DNA of 22,422 bases, taken from NCBI GenBank assembly GCA_963668025.2, contig CAXXTH010000007.1, forward strand, positions 1 to 22,422, read 5' to 3'. Made by a program: the position numbers and the translations under genes. Of this stretch, positions 7,137-15,395 are shown piece by piece; positions within the stretch are counted from its first letter, which is position 1, and each line of letters starts with the position of its first letter. Under the pieces are notes generated by a model that worked only from the letters and a program-made list of their open reading frames with translations, was not told the origin of the DNA and made no database searches. This DNA comes from Candidatus Hydrogenedentota bacterium (GTDB lineage: Bacteria; Hydrogenedentota; Hydrogenedentia; Hydrogenedentales; SLHB01).

Positions 7137-8855
7137 CTATGATCCGTCCGATCCATCCGATCCGTCCCTTGGCAGGAGTTTGGAGACATGCACCAGCTTG
7201 ATCCCTTCTTTTTTCATCTGCGGAATCACCTCTGTTAGCACCTGCGCGGTCACGGGACGAAAATGGCAGATGCCAATAGCGCTGCCATGCGTCTTTGCAT
7301 ATTCCACAAGCTTGTTGCAGTAGCTCTTGATATATTCCACTTCCGCCTTGTTATCAAGGAATAGGTCGCGCTGGCGCGAAGAGATTCCCTGGGCCACTGC
7401 TAATTCATACGCCACGGAGTGGGGGGCTGTCCGGCTGTCGATAAAATAGAGCTTTTTATCTTTGATGACTTGAAAGAAACGTTTCATAGCTTCCGGATCT
7501 TGGGTGTATTTCGAGCCGGTATGATTGTTGATGCCGACAGCGCCCGGCACTTCATGTAAAGCCTTTAGTGTGATGGCTTCTACTTCCTCCTGTTTCATAT
7601 CAATCATGATAGACCCAGGGAAAGTGGCTTTTTCGCCAAAGCTCTCCATCGGCATATGCAAGATCACTTCAAAGCCTTGTTTTCGCGCCGCCAAGGCGGT
7701 TTTTTTTGCAAATGGAGTAAAGGGCAGAATCGCGACCGTCAATGGGGCGTCTAGTTTAAGAATTTCATCCGTGGAAGGGCCACCGTAGCCGCCGTCGTCC
7801 ACCAGAATAGCCACTTGTGGCGTCCCGGTTACTGGGGGGTGTGTAGAAGAAGCCAGCGCGCCGTTGTGTCCGTTTCCATTTCCAATTTCATTGGACTCGA
7901 GAGGCAGGTCAAACAATTCGGGCAAGCTCGCGTTGAGCGAAGCCGCCAGGGCCTCATCGCTGGAATGATTTATTCCATTTTCCGCTGGACTGGCCAGGGG
8001 CTTCTCTGTCGGAACAAGCCGCAGTTCCATGCAATCGAGCGTATTATAAGTTATCGATAACCGAACGCCATCTTCAGCAGCGCCCGTCTTGTCCTCGAGC
8101 CGAACCTTTTCGGAATCAATTGCGCTCCGGAGCTGCCCGACGAGCGCTTCTGGCGATAGGGAAGGCGGCAGCTCCACGCGCGCGCTTTGAAAAGACCAAT
8201 GGCTTTCCTCGCTCGTTCGCGATTCCAGCGCTCCACGCGTAATGGCGCTTTCTGAAATCCCTGCCTTAACCAGCGCGGAGAAGACCGCTTCATGTATTTG
8301 TTTACAGTTTTCGGCATACTCTTGCAATTGAGGCGGTGTGGGCGGTTTCGGGGCGGGCGGCGCTTCCATAACGAGTCCTTGCAAGCGCAGATGGACGAAA
8401 GGGCGGCCCTCCATTGATATCACATAAGCGCGCTCACCGGCTTGCTTGGGGCCCTCTTGGCTGACAATAGCGCCCTCGCGCGCCATTTCTCTGCGTAGGA
8501 TGGTGTCTACGGCATCCGGATTGAGGCCTTCGGCAAGCTTCACATCGATTTCATACTGCCGCCAAATCGCTTGGCTGTCGCGCTTAGGTATTCCTTCGCC
8601 GCATTTGACGCGCATAGCGGGAATAACGCCGCCTTGAAATGTATCTTGAACGGCGTGTGCGAGATCACCGGCGTGCTCGTTCAAATTCGATGGAGCCGTC
8701 GAGAAATAGTATAACAGCAGCAAAACGCATATGCTGCCGCCGAATAAGACCGCCATGAGGCCGTATTGCATGTGGCGTTTTACAGGAGGCGCGTTTTTCT
8801 GGCGTTTAGCCGGTTTCTCCCGCCGCACCGGCTTTTTCCCACCCTTTTTAGTCAC
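7137..8855 (-). CDS. Membrane-anchored divergent polysaccharide deacetylase (YibQ/DUF610-type) with a long N-terminal region
   Basis: Basic N-terminus plus one TM helix. C-terminal domain has VAILVDDGG, PLTVAILP, EVILHMPME, GINNHTGS, FIDSRT, RDLFLD, AIGICH. GTG start overlaps the murI stop (GTGA). Confidence 0.9.
   Translation of the reverse strand: MTKKGGKKPVRREKPAKRQKNAPPVKRHMQYGLMAVLFGGSICVLLLLYYFSTAPSNLNEHAGDLAHAVQDTFQGGVIPAMRVKCGEGIPKRDSQAIWRQYEIDVKLAEGLNPDAVDTILRREMAREGAIVSQEGPKQAGERAYVISMEGRPFVHLRLQGLVMEAPPAPKPPTPPQLQEYAENCKQIHEAVFSALVKAGISESAITRGALESRTSEESHWSFQSARVELPPSLSPEALVGQLRSAIDSEKVRLEDKTGAAEDGVRLSITYNTLDCMELRLVPTEKPLASPAENGINHSSDEALAASLNASLPELFDLPLESNEIGNGNGHNGALASSTHPPVTGTPQVAILVDDGGYGGPSTDEILKLDAPLTVAILPFTPFAKKTALAARKQGFEVILHMPMESFGEKATFPGSIMIDMKQEEVEAITLKALHEVPGAVGINNHTGSKYTQDPEAMKRFFQVIKDKKLYFIDSRTAPHSVAYELAVAQGISSRQRDLFLDNKAEVEYIKSYCNKLVEYAKTHGSAIGICHFRPVTAQVLTEVIPQMKKEGIKLVHVSKLLPRDGSDGSDGS
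7141..7167. repeat. 3 x 9-bp tandem repeat encoding the C-terminal DGSDGSDGS of the deacetylase
   Basis: GATCCGTCC GATCCATCC GATCCGTCC. Confidence 0.8.
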
Positions 8856-9658
8856 TCAAAAGCCACCCATTCAACTTCGCCTACCTGGCCGCCCAAGAAC
8901 AGGCTGCCCACGGCGGCAAAGCTGTCCGGAGCATCCGTGACGAGGAATTGGTACGACGGCGGGCCTTCGGCGCATTGCAGATTCAATGATTCGAGTTGCC
9001 GGGCCACGATTTCTGAAGTGGCCTGGGCGCTGTCCACTAATGCCACGCTGTCGCCAGCCACCTTGCCGATTACTGTCTTCAACAACGGGTAATGCGTACA
9101 CCCGAGGACGAGCGTGTCGATGTCATTTTCAAGAAATTCCTGAAGATACTCCACCGCGATTTGTTCTGGCACGGGGCCTTCAATCCAGCCTTCTTCCGCT
9201 AGTGGCACAAACAATGGGCAAGCCTTCGCGAATACATGCGCATCGGGGATATATGATAGAATGGCTGACTGATACTGTCCGCTCCGAATGGTTCCCTTGG
9301 TGCCTATCACGCCTATGCGGCCGTTTCGGGTGCTCATGGCGGCTCGTTTCGCACCAGGCTCCACAACGCCCACGACGGGGATGTCCAGCTCGGCGCGCAA
9401 AATATCCAGCGCATACGCGGACGCCGTATTGCACGCCACGACAAGGAGCTTGATATCCCGCCGCACTAACATGTGCGCGCATGCGCGCGCATACCGCACC
9501 ACGGTCTCCGCGGATTTCGTTCCATAAGGCACGCGGGCGGTGTCGCCGAAATAGATGATGGATTCGGAAGGCAGGCGTTCCGCCACGCGATGGTGGACTG
9601 TTAGGCCGCCGACACCCGAATCGAAGATGCCGATGGCGCGTGATGCGCATGGATTCAT
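8852..9658 (-). CDS. murI: Glutamate racemase
   Basis: IGIFDSGVGGLTV, DTARVPYGTKS, VACNTAS, LVLGCTHYPLL (both catalytic Cys present). ATG 9658 forms an ATGA overlap with the GerMN stop; 9676 is an alternative start. Confidence 0.97.
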   Translation of the reverse strand: MNPCASRAIGIFDSGVGGLTVHHRVAERLPSESIIYFGDTARVPYGTKSAETVVRYARACAHMLVRRDIKLLVVACNTASAYALDILRAELDIPVVGVVEPGAKRAAMSTRNGRIGVIGTKGTIRSGQYQSAILSYIPDAHVFAKACPLFVPLAEEGWIEGPVPEQIAVEYLQEFLENDIDTLVLGCTHYPLLKTVIGKVAGDSVALVDSAQATSEIVARQLESLNLQCAEGPPSYQFLVTDAPDSFAAVGSLFLGGQVGEVEWVAFE

Positions 9659-10305
9659 TGGCTGGCGCTGCTCCATTGCGGAACGGGCGTCAATGGCCCC
9701 GATAAATCCAGATGCTCCGGGAACGAGTCATCCAGCGGCAAGCCTTGGAATAAAAAGCGCACTTGTTTCACCTCGCCTTGCGTGCCGCATAGGGCAGGCT
9801 GCATGAGGGTGTTCACGATGCCATACGCCATGAGCGCCTCGGCGGCGGCGCTCTTGGGCCGGGTGGGGTCATAGCGCAATTCCGCCGAGAAATCCACTAC
9901 TAACTCCCCGTGCTCTTCGAGATACACACTGCGGATTTTCACGGTCGTGGGAATAATTGGCGTACGCGCGCCTCGAGGGCCGCCAATCAGCGCCTCCATA
10001 GCCAAACGGCAATTATCTTGAGTGTATGGCCCTAACTCGAATTCCCGGGCCTCCGGCTCGATGCGGTTTCCCGATGCATCGGCGAAATATAACGCCACTT
10101 GGCGCTTTTCGGAGATTTCCACCGCGGCTGCCTGTTCCGAGGCTTGGCCAGCGGTTTGAGGCGTGGGCTGCGGCAACGGATTGCGCCCTTGCTCGGACAT
10201 TGTATATATCAACAGCGCCACCATAAAGAGCAAGGTCAGTGTGGCCATGCCCCAAAGCGTGTGCAGCGCTTGCCGTACAAAGCGATGCTCTCGGGATTCA
10301 CTCAT
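9655..10305 (-). CDS. GerMN domain-containing membrane protein
   Basis: N-terminal TM; VALYFAD, EALIGGP, LVVDFS, YGIVNTL, VKQVRFLFQG, HLDLSGP; typical amidase-GerMN-murI context. Confidence 0.9.
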   Translation of the reverse strand: MSESREHRFVRQALHTLWGMATLTLLFMVALLIYTMSEQGRNPLPQPTPQTAGQASEQAAAVEISEKRQVALYFADASGNRIEPEAREFELGPYTQDNCRLAMEALIGGPRGARTPIIPTTVKIRSVYLEEHGELVVDFSAELRYDPTRPKSAAAEALMAYGIVNTLMQPALCGTQGEVKQVRFLFQGLPLDDSFPEHLDLSGPLTPVPQWSSASQ

Positions 10306-11438
10306 GGCGTTACGCTCCCTTGCGCCGCGAAATACGCTTTCACGCCATTAGCAATGCCCCGGGCGATATCCCGCCGGAAGGCTTCCCTGCCCAATTGGGA
10401 TTCATCCTCTTCATTGGCTATGCATCCTGCTTCCACGAGGACGCCTGGCATGGCGGCGCTTTTCAACACCCGGCAAGGCCCTTCAAAAACGCCACGGCTC
10501 TCCATCTGCGTGGCTTCCGAAAGGGCTTGCGCTATGGCTTCCGCCAACGGGCGGCTCTGCGCGGCAGCGCCTTTTTCCGCGTCCGAATAAAAAATGTCGA
10601 AACCCCGCGCCGTTCTCGAATAACTGGCGCAAGAATGAACGCTGATGAAGAGCGCGCCTTTATTCACTTGTGCAAAATTGGCCCGGGCCGCGTTGGGCAG
10701 TTCGATATCTTCGTTTCGGGTGAGCAATGCCTTCGTGTTTGGTTCCGCCTGCAACAGCGCCTGTAATTCCTTTGCAATAGACAAGGCCGCTGTTTTCTCT
10801 TGCAAGCCGTTGGAGCCAATAGCGCCCGTGTCGTTTCCGCCATGGCCTGCGTCAATAATGATGGCTTTCATGGTGGGTTGTACGGCAGTTTCTGTTGCGG
10901 GCAATGCCGAATCAGGCGCAGGTGGGGCGGATTCCACCGGGAGTGGTTCGCTTGGCGGCGCAGGCGATTCTAACGGCGCAAGCGACGCAGCTTCTCCCGT
11001 TTCCGTTTCGGGCTGTGTTGCTTCACCCATGGATACGGTGGCTTCAAGCGCTTTCCCAAAAAACAACGCTACATCATCTTGTGCAAGCAGTATCTCGTCG
11101 TTCACGCGGAGAATGCGGCGAGCTAAGGAAAACTGTGAGGTCGAAGCATCCACCATATTTGAGCCGATTCGGATAAACGCCAATCGGCCGCCCATGCCCA
11201 CTTCCACTCGAGATGGCGTTATGTCGCATGAACCGCCAAAGGCCCGCATGAGCTGGGTCAGCGAGACATACGCCGCATCATTCTGGGAAGTGGCTTCAAC
11301 GGCGGCTGTTTTAACGCCGTTTTCCGCGCTCCATTGGAAGGTAACCGAGGTTTGCGCTTGTATGGTGGGCGCCGCCAGCGCCATCATGGCGGCAAGAATG
11401 CCTATGCAGGTTAGCCACGACTTATCTGCTCTTCTCAA
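10302..11438 (-). CDS. N-acetylmuramoyl-L-alanine amidase (Amidase_3) with an N-terminal copper-amine-oxidase-N-like domain
   Basis: IIIDAGHGG, GLQEK, TRNED, FISVH, PGVLVEAG (Zn ligands H/E/H and catalytic E present); Pro/Glu-rich linker. TTG 11438 gives a clean signal peptide (MRRADKSWLTCIGILAAMMALAAPTIQAQ); start uncertain. Confidence 0.9.
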   Translation of the reverse strand: MRRADKSWLTCIGILAAMMALAAPTIQAQTSVTFQWSAENGVKTAAVEATSQNDAAYVSLTQLMRAFGGSCDITPSRVEVGMGGRLAFIRIGSNMVDASTSQFSLARRILRVNDEILLAQDDVALFFGKALEATVSMGEATQPETETGEAASLAPLESPAPPSEPLPVESAPPAPDSALPATETAVQPTMKAIIIDAGHGGNDTGAIGSNGLQEKTAALSIAKELQALLQAEPNTKALLTRNEDIELPNAARANFAQVNKGALFISVHSCASYSRTARGFDIFYSDAEKGAAAQSRPLAEAIAQALSEATQMESRGVFEGPCRVLKSAAMPGVLVEAGCIANEEDESQLGREAFRRDIARGIANGVKAYFAAQGSVTP

Positions 11439-11586
11439 GATTAATAATGCGTTGTTTAACAATGACGCTCTCCGCGGGCGTACGCGTTGGCCCCCATGGT
11501 TTTTTAAAAATGGCCAGCAAGACAACGCAGAATATCACAAAGAGCAGAACCAGCACAAAGACCCCAGTTTTATCCCGCTTGGTCAT
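11422..11586 (-). CDS. Small (54 aa) single-pass membrane protein, not in the ORF track
   Basis: SD GGAGG 5 nt before ATG 11586. MTKRDKTGVFVLVLLFVIFCVVLLAIFKKPWGPTRTPAESVIVKQRIINLEKSR*; the end overlaps the proposed amidase start. Confidence 0.65.
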   Translation of the reverse strand: MTKRDKTGVFVLVLLFVIFCVVLLAIFKKPWGPTRTPAESVIVKQRIINLEKSR

Positions 11587-11742
11587 TGGAGCCTCCCTCT
11601 ATCCGTGCCTTTCATGCGAGCGTTGCTCCCTTACACAGAGTACGCTTATGCCCGCCGAATAAAAATTGCTCTCATTTGCTTCGAGCCCCGCTCCGCCGCC
11701 ATATCACTCAAAATGAACGCTTTTTGATAACCGCCATTCATG

Positions 11743-12198
11743 CTACATGCCGCTGCGTTTTCGGTAATCGAGGCTTCTGGAAACCCGGATGGGCTGTTCT
11801 TCACTCACATTCAGGGCCCGCCCGAGTTCAACTTCCCGCTTTTTAGGAAGGCGGATCTTGGATTGCGCTTTTGCTACTTCCTGGCTGAGTTGATTCAGGC
11901 AGGATTCACACAGCTTTTTGCTTGAACTGATAGCCGGAGCCCCACAACGTCCGCAACGCACTCTTTCGCCCTGGTCCATACTCTGAATGCGCCCGGAGGC
12001 TATGCAACGAAGCACGCAACTCAATTCGATGTCAGTCTTTTCAGAAAGTTGTTCAGCGGTCAACTGCGGACTCTCTTGGAGGATATCCCGCAAGCGCTCG
12101 TAATCTTCTTCTTCTTGTGGCAAACACTGAGGACAGATCACCAGATCTGACATCTTGGTGAACATCTTTTTGCAGCGATCGCAGGTTGCCAATGGCAT
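11743..12198 (-). CDS. YvyF-like (TIGR03826-type) protein: Zn-ribbon, helical/HTH-like region, second Zn-ribbon
   Basis: CDRC..CPQC..EEEDYERLRDIL..LSEKTDI..GRI..CGRCG..LCESC matches the pattern of B. subtilis YvyF as I recall it; SD GGAGG upstream. Confidence 0.8.
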   Translation of the reverse strand: MPLATCDRCKKMFTKMSDLVICPQCLPQEEEDYERLRDILQESPQLTAEQLSEKTDIELSCVLRCIASGRIQSMDQGERVRCGRCGAPAISSSKKLCESCLNQLSQEVAKAQSKIRLPKKREVELGRALNVSEEQPIRVSRSLDYRKRSGM

Positions 12199-12204
12199 GG
12201 CGTC

Positions 12205-12990
12205 TTAACCTCCTTCGCTTGGCTCCCATTGCGTGGAAACCGAGTTATAATTTATTTGTATATTGCCCTTAATACCCGCTTTTAGTATTTTACCATTAGT
12301 TGACACCACAACGCCTACTTGCATGCAATTAATGGGCTGCCCGTTTCCATCCCGGGGCGCTCTCTGTTTTCCTGGATACGTCACTCGAAGCCATGTACGC
12401 CCGCCAACAGGCTGTTCGTAATCTTCCTGCGGCACGGTATCTTGGCCGATTATTTCAAATGTAGCGCCCGGTGCAAATATGTATGAATCATCCAATCCTT
12501 CTTGTGATAATTGATTCTCTTCAATATCCCATTCCGTGATTCGCTTGTATAAAGCTTCTTTGGCGGCTTCATACACCGCTAAATCACCTGACTCCGATTT
12601 TACCTGGGTCAAGCGTTCATTCATCCATTGTGTGAGGCGTATTACTTCCTCGCAATCACGATTTTGCACCGCTAAGGCATATTGCATGGCCAGCGCATTA
12701 AGCGATGCATCTAGGCCCTTCTTCGTAGCTCCCTTGTGGGCATCGTCCGTTTTTTTGCCGGCCATCAACTGTAAAAGGGGCGCTTGTGCGAACGGCGAAA
12801 CTTTTTTATCTGGCTCAGGCGTCCCAGTCAATGGAAAGCTTGCACGCACCAGCATCCATCCGGTAGCAGCGCCTCCCGTTATTCCAGCAGCCAAAACGAT
12901 GAGGGCAATCCATATGCCTACTCTCATTCGGCGTGCGAGATTGCCATTATATGCGTCATGCTCACGTCTGTTATTCACTTGTTGCTTCAC
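12205..12990 (-). CDS. Hypothetical single-pass membrane protein
   Basis: 261-aa open frame with a TM segment (VGIWIALIVLAAGITGGAATGWMLV); ends 6 bp before the next gene; more AT-rich than its neighbours; start uncertain. Confidence 0.75.
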   Translation of the reverse strand: MKQQVNNRREHDAYNGNLARRMRVGIWIALIVLAAGITGGAATGWMLVRASFPLTGTPEPDKKVSPFAQAPLLQLMAGKKTDDAHKGATKKGLDASLNALAMQYALAVQNRDCEEVIRLTQWMNERLTQVKSESGDLAVYEAAKEALYKRITEWDIEENQLSQEGLDDSYIFAPGATFEIIGQDTVPQEDYEQPVGGRTWLRVTYPGKQRAPRDGNGQPINCMQVGVVVSTNGKILKAGIKGNIQINYNSVSTQWEPSEGG

Positions 12991-12999
12991 TTTGCATCT

Positions 13000-13028
13000 A
13001 TCATATCAGAATGTTTTGAATGCGTCAA
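13000..13028 (-). promoter_or_regulatory. sigma70-type promoter for the minus-strand envelope cluster
   Basis: TTGACG-N17-TATGAT with an extended -10 TG. Confidence 0.7.
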
Positions 13029-13158
13029 TAAAACTGTATAAAATTCGAATTTATGTCAATAAATTCCTTGAGGCAGTCTATCTTGATGCTACTTCCCGCT
13101 AGGTGCGAAAGTCTCTTGATTGGGTATGATGCTTCGCCTTCTTTCACTAGAAATTGAA

Positions 13159-13167
13159 TGATATACT
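13159..13167 (+). promoter_or_regulatory. Extended -10 element (TGnTATACT) in front of the GT2 gene
   Basis: TGATATACT ends 7 nt before ATG 13175; no SD and no clear -35. Confidence 0.5.
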
Positions 13168-13174
13168 GCCCAGC

Positions 13175-14497
13175 ATGAAAAAGCCATTGGTGCATGTCCT
13201 CGTCATTAACTGGAACGGCATCGAACACCTGCGTGAGTGTTTCGACACGCTGCTTGCGAATACGTATCCATATGCACGCTATGTGTTTCTAGATAATGCC
13301 AGTACGGATGGCTCCGCCGCATTTGTAAAAGAACAGTATGGCCATGACTCTCGCGTCGAGGTCTTGGAATTCGAGAAAAACTTAGGGTGGGCGGGCTGCA
13401 ATAATGTGGGCATCACGCGGGCTCTCCAAGCCGGAGCGGATTATATCTTCTTGCTCAACAATGATACCGCTTCCGCCCCGGACGTAGTGGAGCGCTTAGT
13501 GGCGGCGGCGGAAGCCCGGCCGGACGCCGGTGCGCTTGCTCCAAAGATGCTGCTGTATCATACGCCGTGGCTGATCAACTCGATTGGGATCGAATGCAGC
13601 ATCATCGGTTCCGGCTGGGATCGCGGTTTGGGGCGTGCGGATGGCCCGCGATGGAATATCCCTGGGCCTGTGATAGGCGTTTGCGGCGGCGCATGTTTGC
13701 TGCGCGCATCCGCGTTACAGAAGACGGGCCTGCTGCCGGAAGATTATGAGATCTATTTGGATGATCTTGAACTGGGATTGCGTATGTGGGCCGCTGGTTA
13801 TGGCGTGTGGACGTGTCCCGAGGCCGTCGTGCACCATAAGTTCAGCGCCACCATGGGCCAAGGGGCCCGGGCACGGCGAAAATATTATCTGAATGTCCGT
13901 AATCGTCTGCGCCTTATCACGCGCAATTTCCCTGCAACGCATTTTCCTTCCGTGGCGAAAGCGCTGCTTGCCGGCGAATGCCGGGCCATGGGCCGGTCGT
14001 TGCTCGATGGTTGCTTTTGGCGGGTGGGCGCTCATGTAAAAGCATGGCTGGCGGCCATGGCATATATCCCGCGCGCACTCAACGCCCGCCGAGATTGCCA
14101 GCATCGAGGCCTCGAACCAGAACGCTTCTGGCCCATGGTGCGGCAGGATACCTTATTTTTTGCGGGATATGAAGCGCCGCAAGATGGCTGGTTCCCGCCA
14201 ATAGAGCGGGATGGCTTGATGTTAAGGCCTATCTCCTCATACGCAAAATACCACGCCAAGGGGGGATGTTTGCGCATTACGGGGGTGAATTGCTATCCTC
14301 ACCTGCATCCGCTGGATATAGAAGTGCGCGCTAACGGAATCATCCTGGCAAGGCTTTGCACCCTTGAACGAACGGACGCACGGTTCGAGGCCCCGGCAGG
14401 CGAATTGGAAATAGTGGCCCATTCCGTATTCGACGCTGATGAGACAGGTGAACAGGCTGATTATGGCGGCTGGCTGGTTATCGAGCCACTGGATTGA
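13175..14497 (+). CDS. Glycosyltransferase family 2 with a C-terminal extension
   Basis: VLVINWNG, DNASTDGS, NLGWAGCNNVG, LLNND, GGACLLR, YLDDLELGLR, VVHHKFSAT, YYLNVRNR. Confidence 0.92.
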   Translation: MKKPLVHVLVINWNGIEHLRECFDTLLANTYPYARYVFLDNASTDGSAAFVKEQYGHDSRVEVLEFEKNLGWAGCNNVGITRALQAGADYIFLLNNDTASAPDVVERLVAAAEARPDAGALAPKMLLYHTPWLINSIGIECSIIGSGWDRGLGRADGPRWNIPGPVIGVCGGACLLRASALQKTGLLPEDYEIYLDDLELGLRMWAAGYGVWTCPEAVVHHKFSATMGQGARARRKYYLNVRNRLRLITRNFPATHFPSVAKALLAGECRAMGRSLLDGCFWRVGAHVKAWLAAMAYIPRALNARRDCQHRGLEPERFWPMVRQDTLFFAGYEAPQDGWFPPIERDGLMLRPISSYAKYHAKGGCLRITGVNCYPHLHPLDIEVRANGIILARLCTLERTDARFEAPAGELEIVAHSVFDADETGEQADYGGWLVIEPLD

Positions 14498-14537
14498 TCT
14501 CTAAAAATCCTCTATCCACCAACGATAGGATCTGTAT

Positions 14538-15395
14538 ATGGATGCGTCAGAGCTTTCCACCTATCTCGCTTCCCGCAAAGCCTTTATAGAAGGCGCGCTG
14601 GATAGATGCCTGCCCCATGCGGATGCGGAACCTGCATCTATTCATGAGGCGATGCGTTATGCCGTGTTTAGCGGCGGTAAACGGCTGCGGCCCATTCTGG
14701 CGCTGGCTGTCTGTGATCTGGCTGGGGCGGAGCTGGAACGCGTTTTGCCGGCGGCATGCGGCATCGAGCTGCTGCATACGGCTTCACTGGTGTTCGATGA
14801 TTTGCCGTCCATGGATAATGCGCATTACCGGCGGGAGCGCGAATGCACGCATATTCGATTCGGGGAAGCCACCGCCATTCTTGCGGGCTTAGGCCTTGTC
14901 GCCCAGGCGTTTGCCCAGGTGGCGCAGAGTGGGGGAGACGCGGAAGCCCGGAACCATTCCTGCCTCGAATTAGCCGAAGCCATGGGCACTCAAGGCGTCA
15001 TCGGAGGGCAATATACAGACCTTAGCCTCCAGGACCGCCTTGCAAGCATGCAACAACTGGAATCGGTTTTCGCCCGCAAAGCGGCGGCGTTGTTCATGTC
15101 ATCTGTCCGTATTCCCGCCTATTTATTGGGCATGAAAACACAGGCGCTCAAAGCTTTGAGCGAATATACCCATGCGCTCGGGCTGGCCTTTCAGATTACC
15201 GATGATATTTTAGACGCCTTCAAGCCGGGTGAAGATGCAGGCAAAAAAACGCACGCCGCTTATCTAGGCGCGGATGGCGCTCGAGAAAGGGCGGCAGAAC
15301 TTATTCAACAGGCGATCGATGCGCTGTTCCCATTGGGAGAACAGGCGGGGATCTTCCGGGCGATAGCAGAACATGTTAGGACGCGGACTGTCTAG
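14538..15395 (+). CDS. ispA: Polyprenyl (farnesyl/geranylgeranyl) diphosphate synthase
   Basis: GGKRLRP, ELLHTASLVFDDLPSMD..RR (first Asp-rich motif), GGQYTD, GLAFQITDDILD (second Asp-rich motif), GKKT. Confidence 0.9.
   Translation: MDASELSTYLASRKAFIEGALDRCLPHADAEPASIHEAMRYAVFSGGKRLRPILALAVCDLAGAELERVLPAACGIELLHTASLVFDDLPSMDNAHYRRERECTHIRFGEATAILAGLGLVAQAFAQVAQSGGDAEARNHSCLELAEAMGTQGVIGGQYTDLSLQDRLASMQQLESVFARKAAALFMSSVRIPAYLLGMKTQALKALSEYTHALGLAFQITDDILDAFKPGEDAGKKTHAAYLGADGARERAAELIQQAIDALFPLGEQAGIFRAIAEHVRTRTV

Noticed and set aside
10645-11727. 360-aa plus-strand ORF
   Set aside because: Antisense to the amidase; Ser/Ala-rich shadow translation.
11646-11741. 31-aa minus-strand ORF after the YvyF-like gene
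   Set aside because: No SD, no recognisable features and too short to support.
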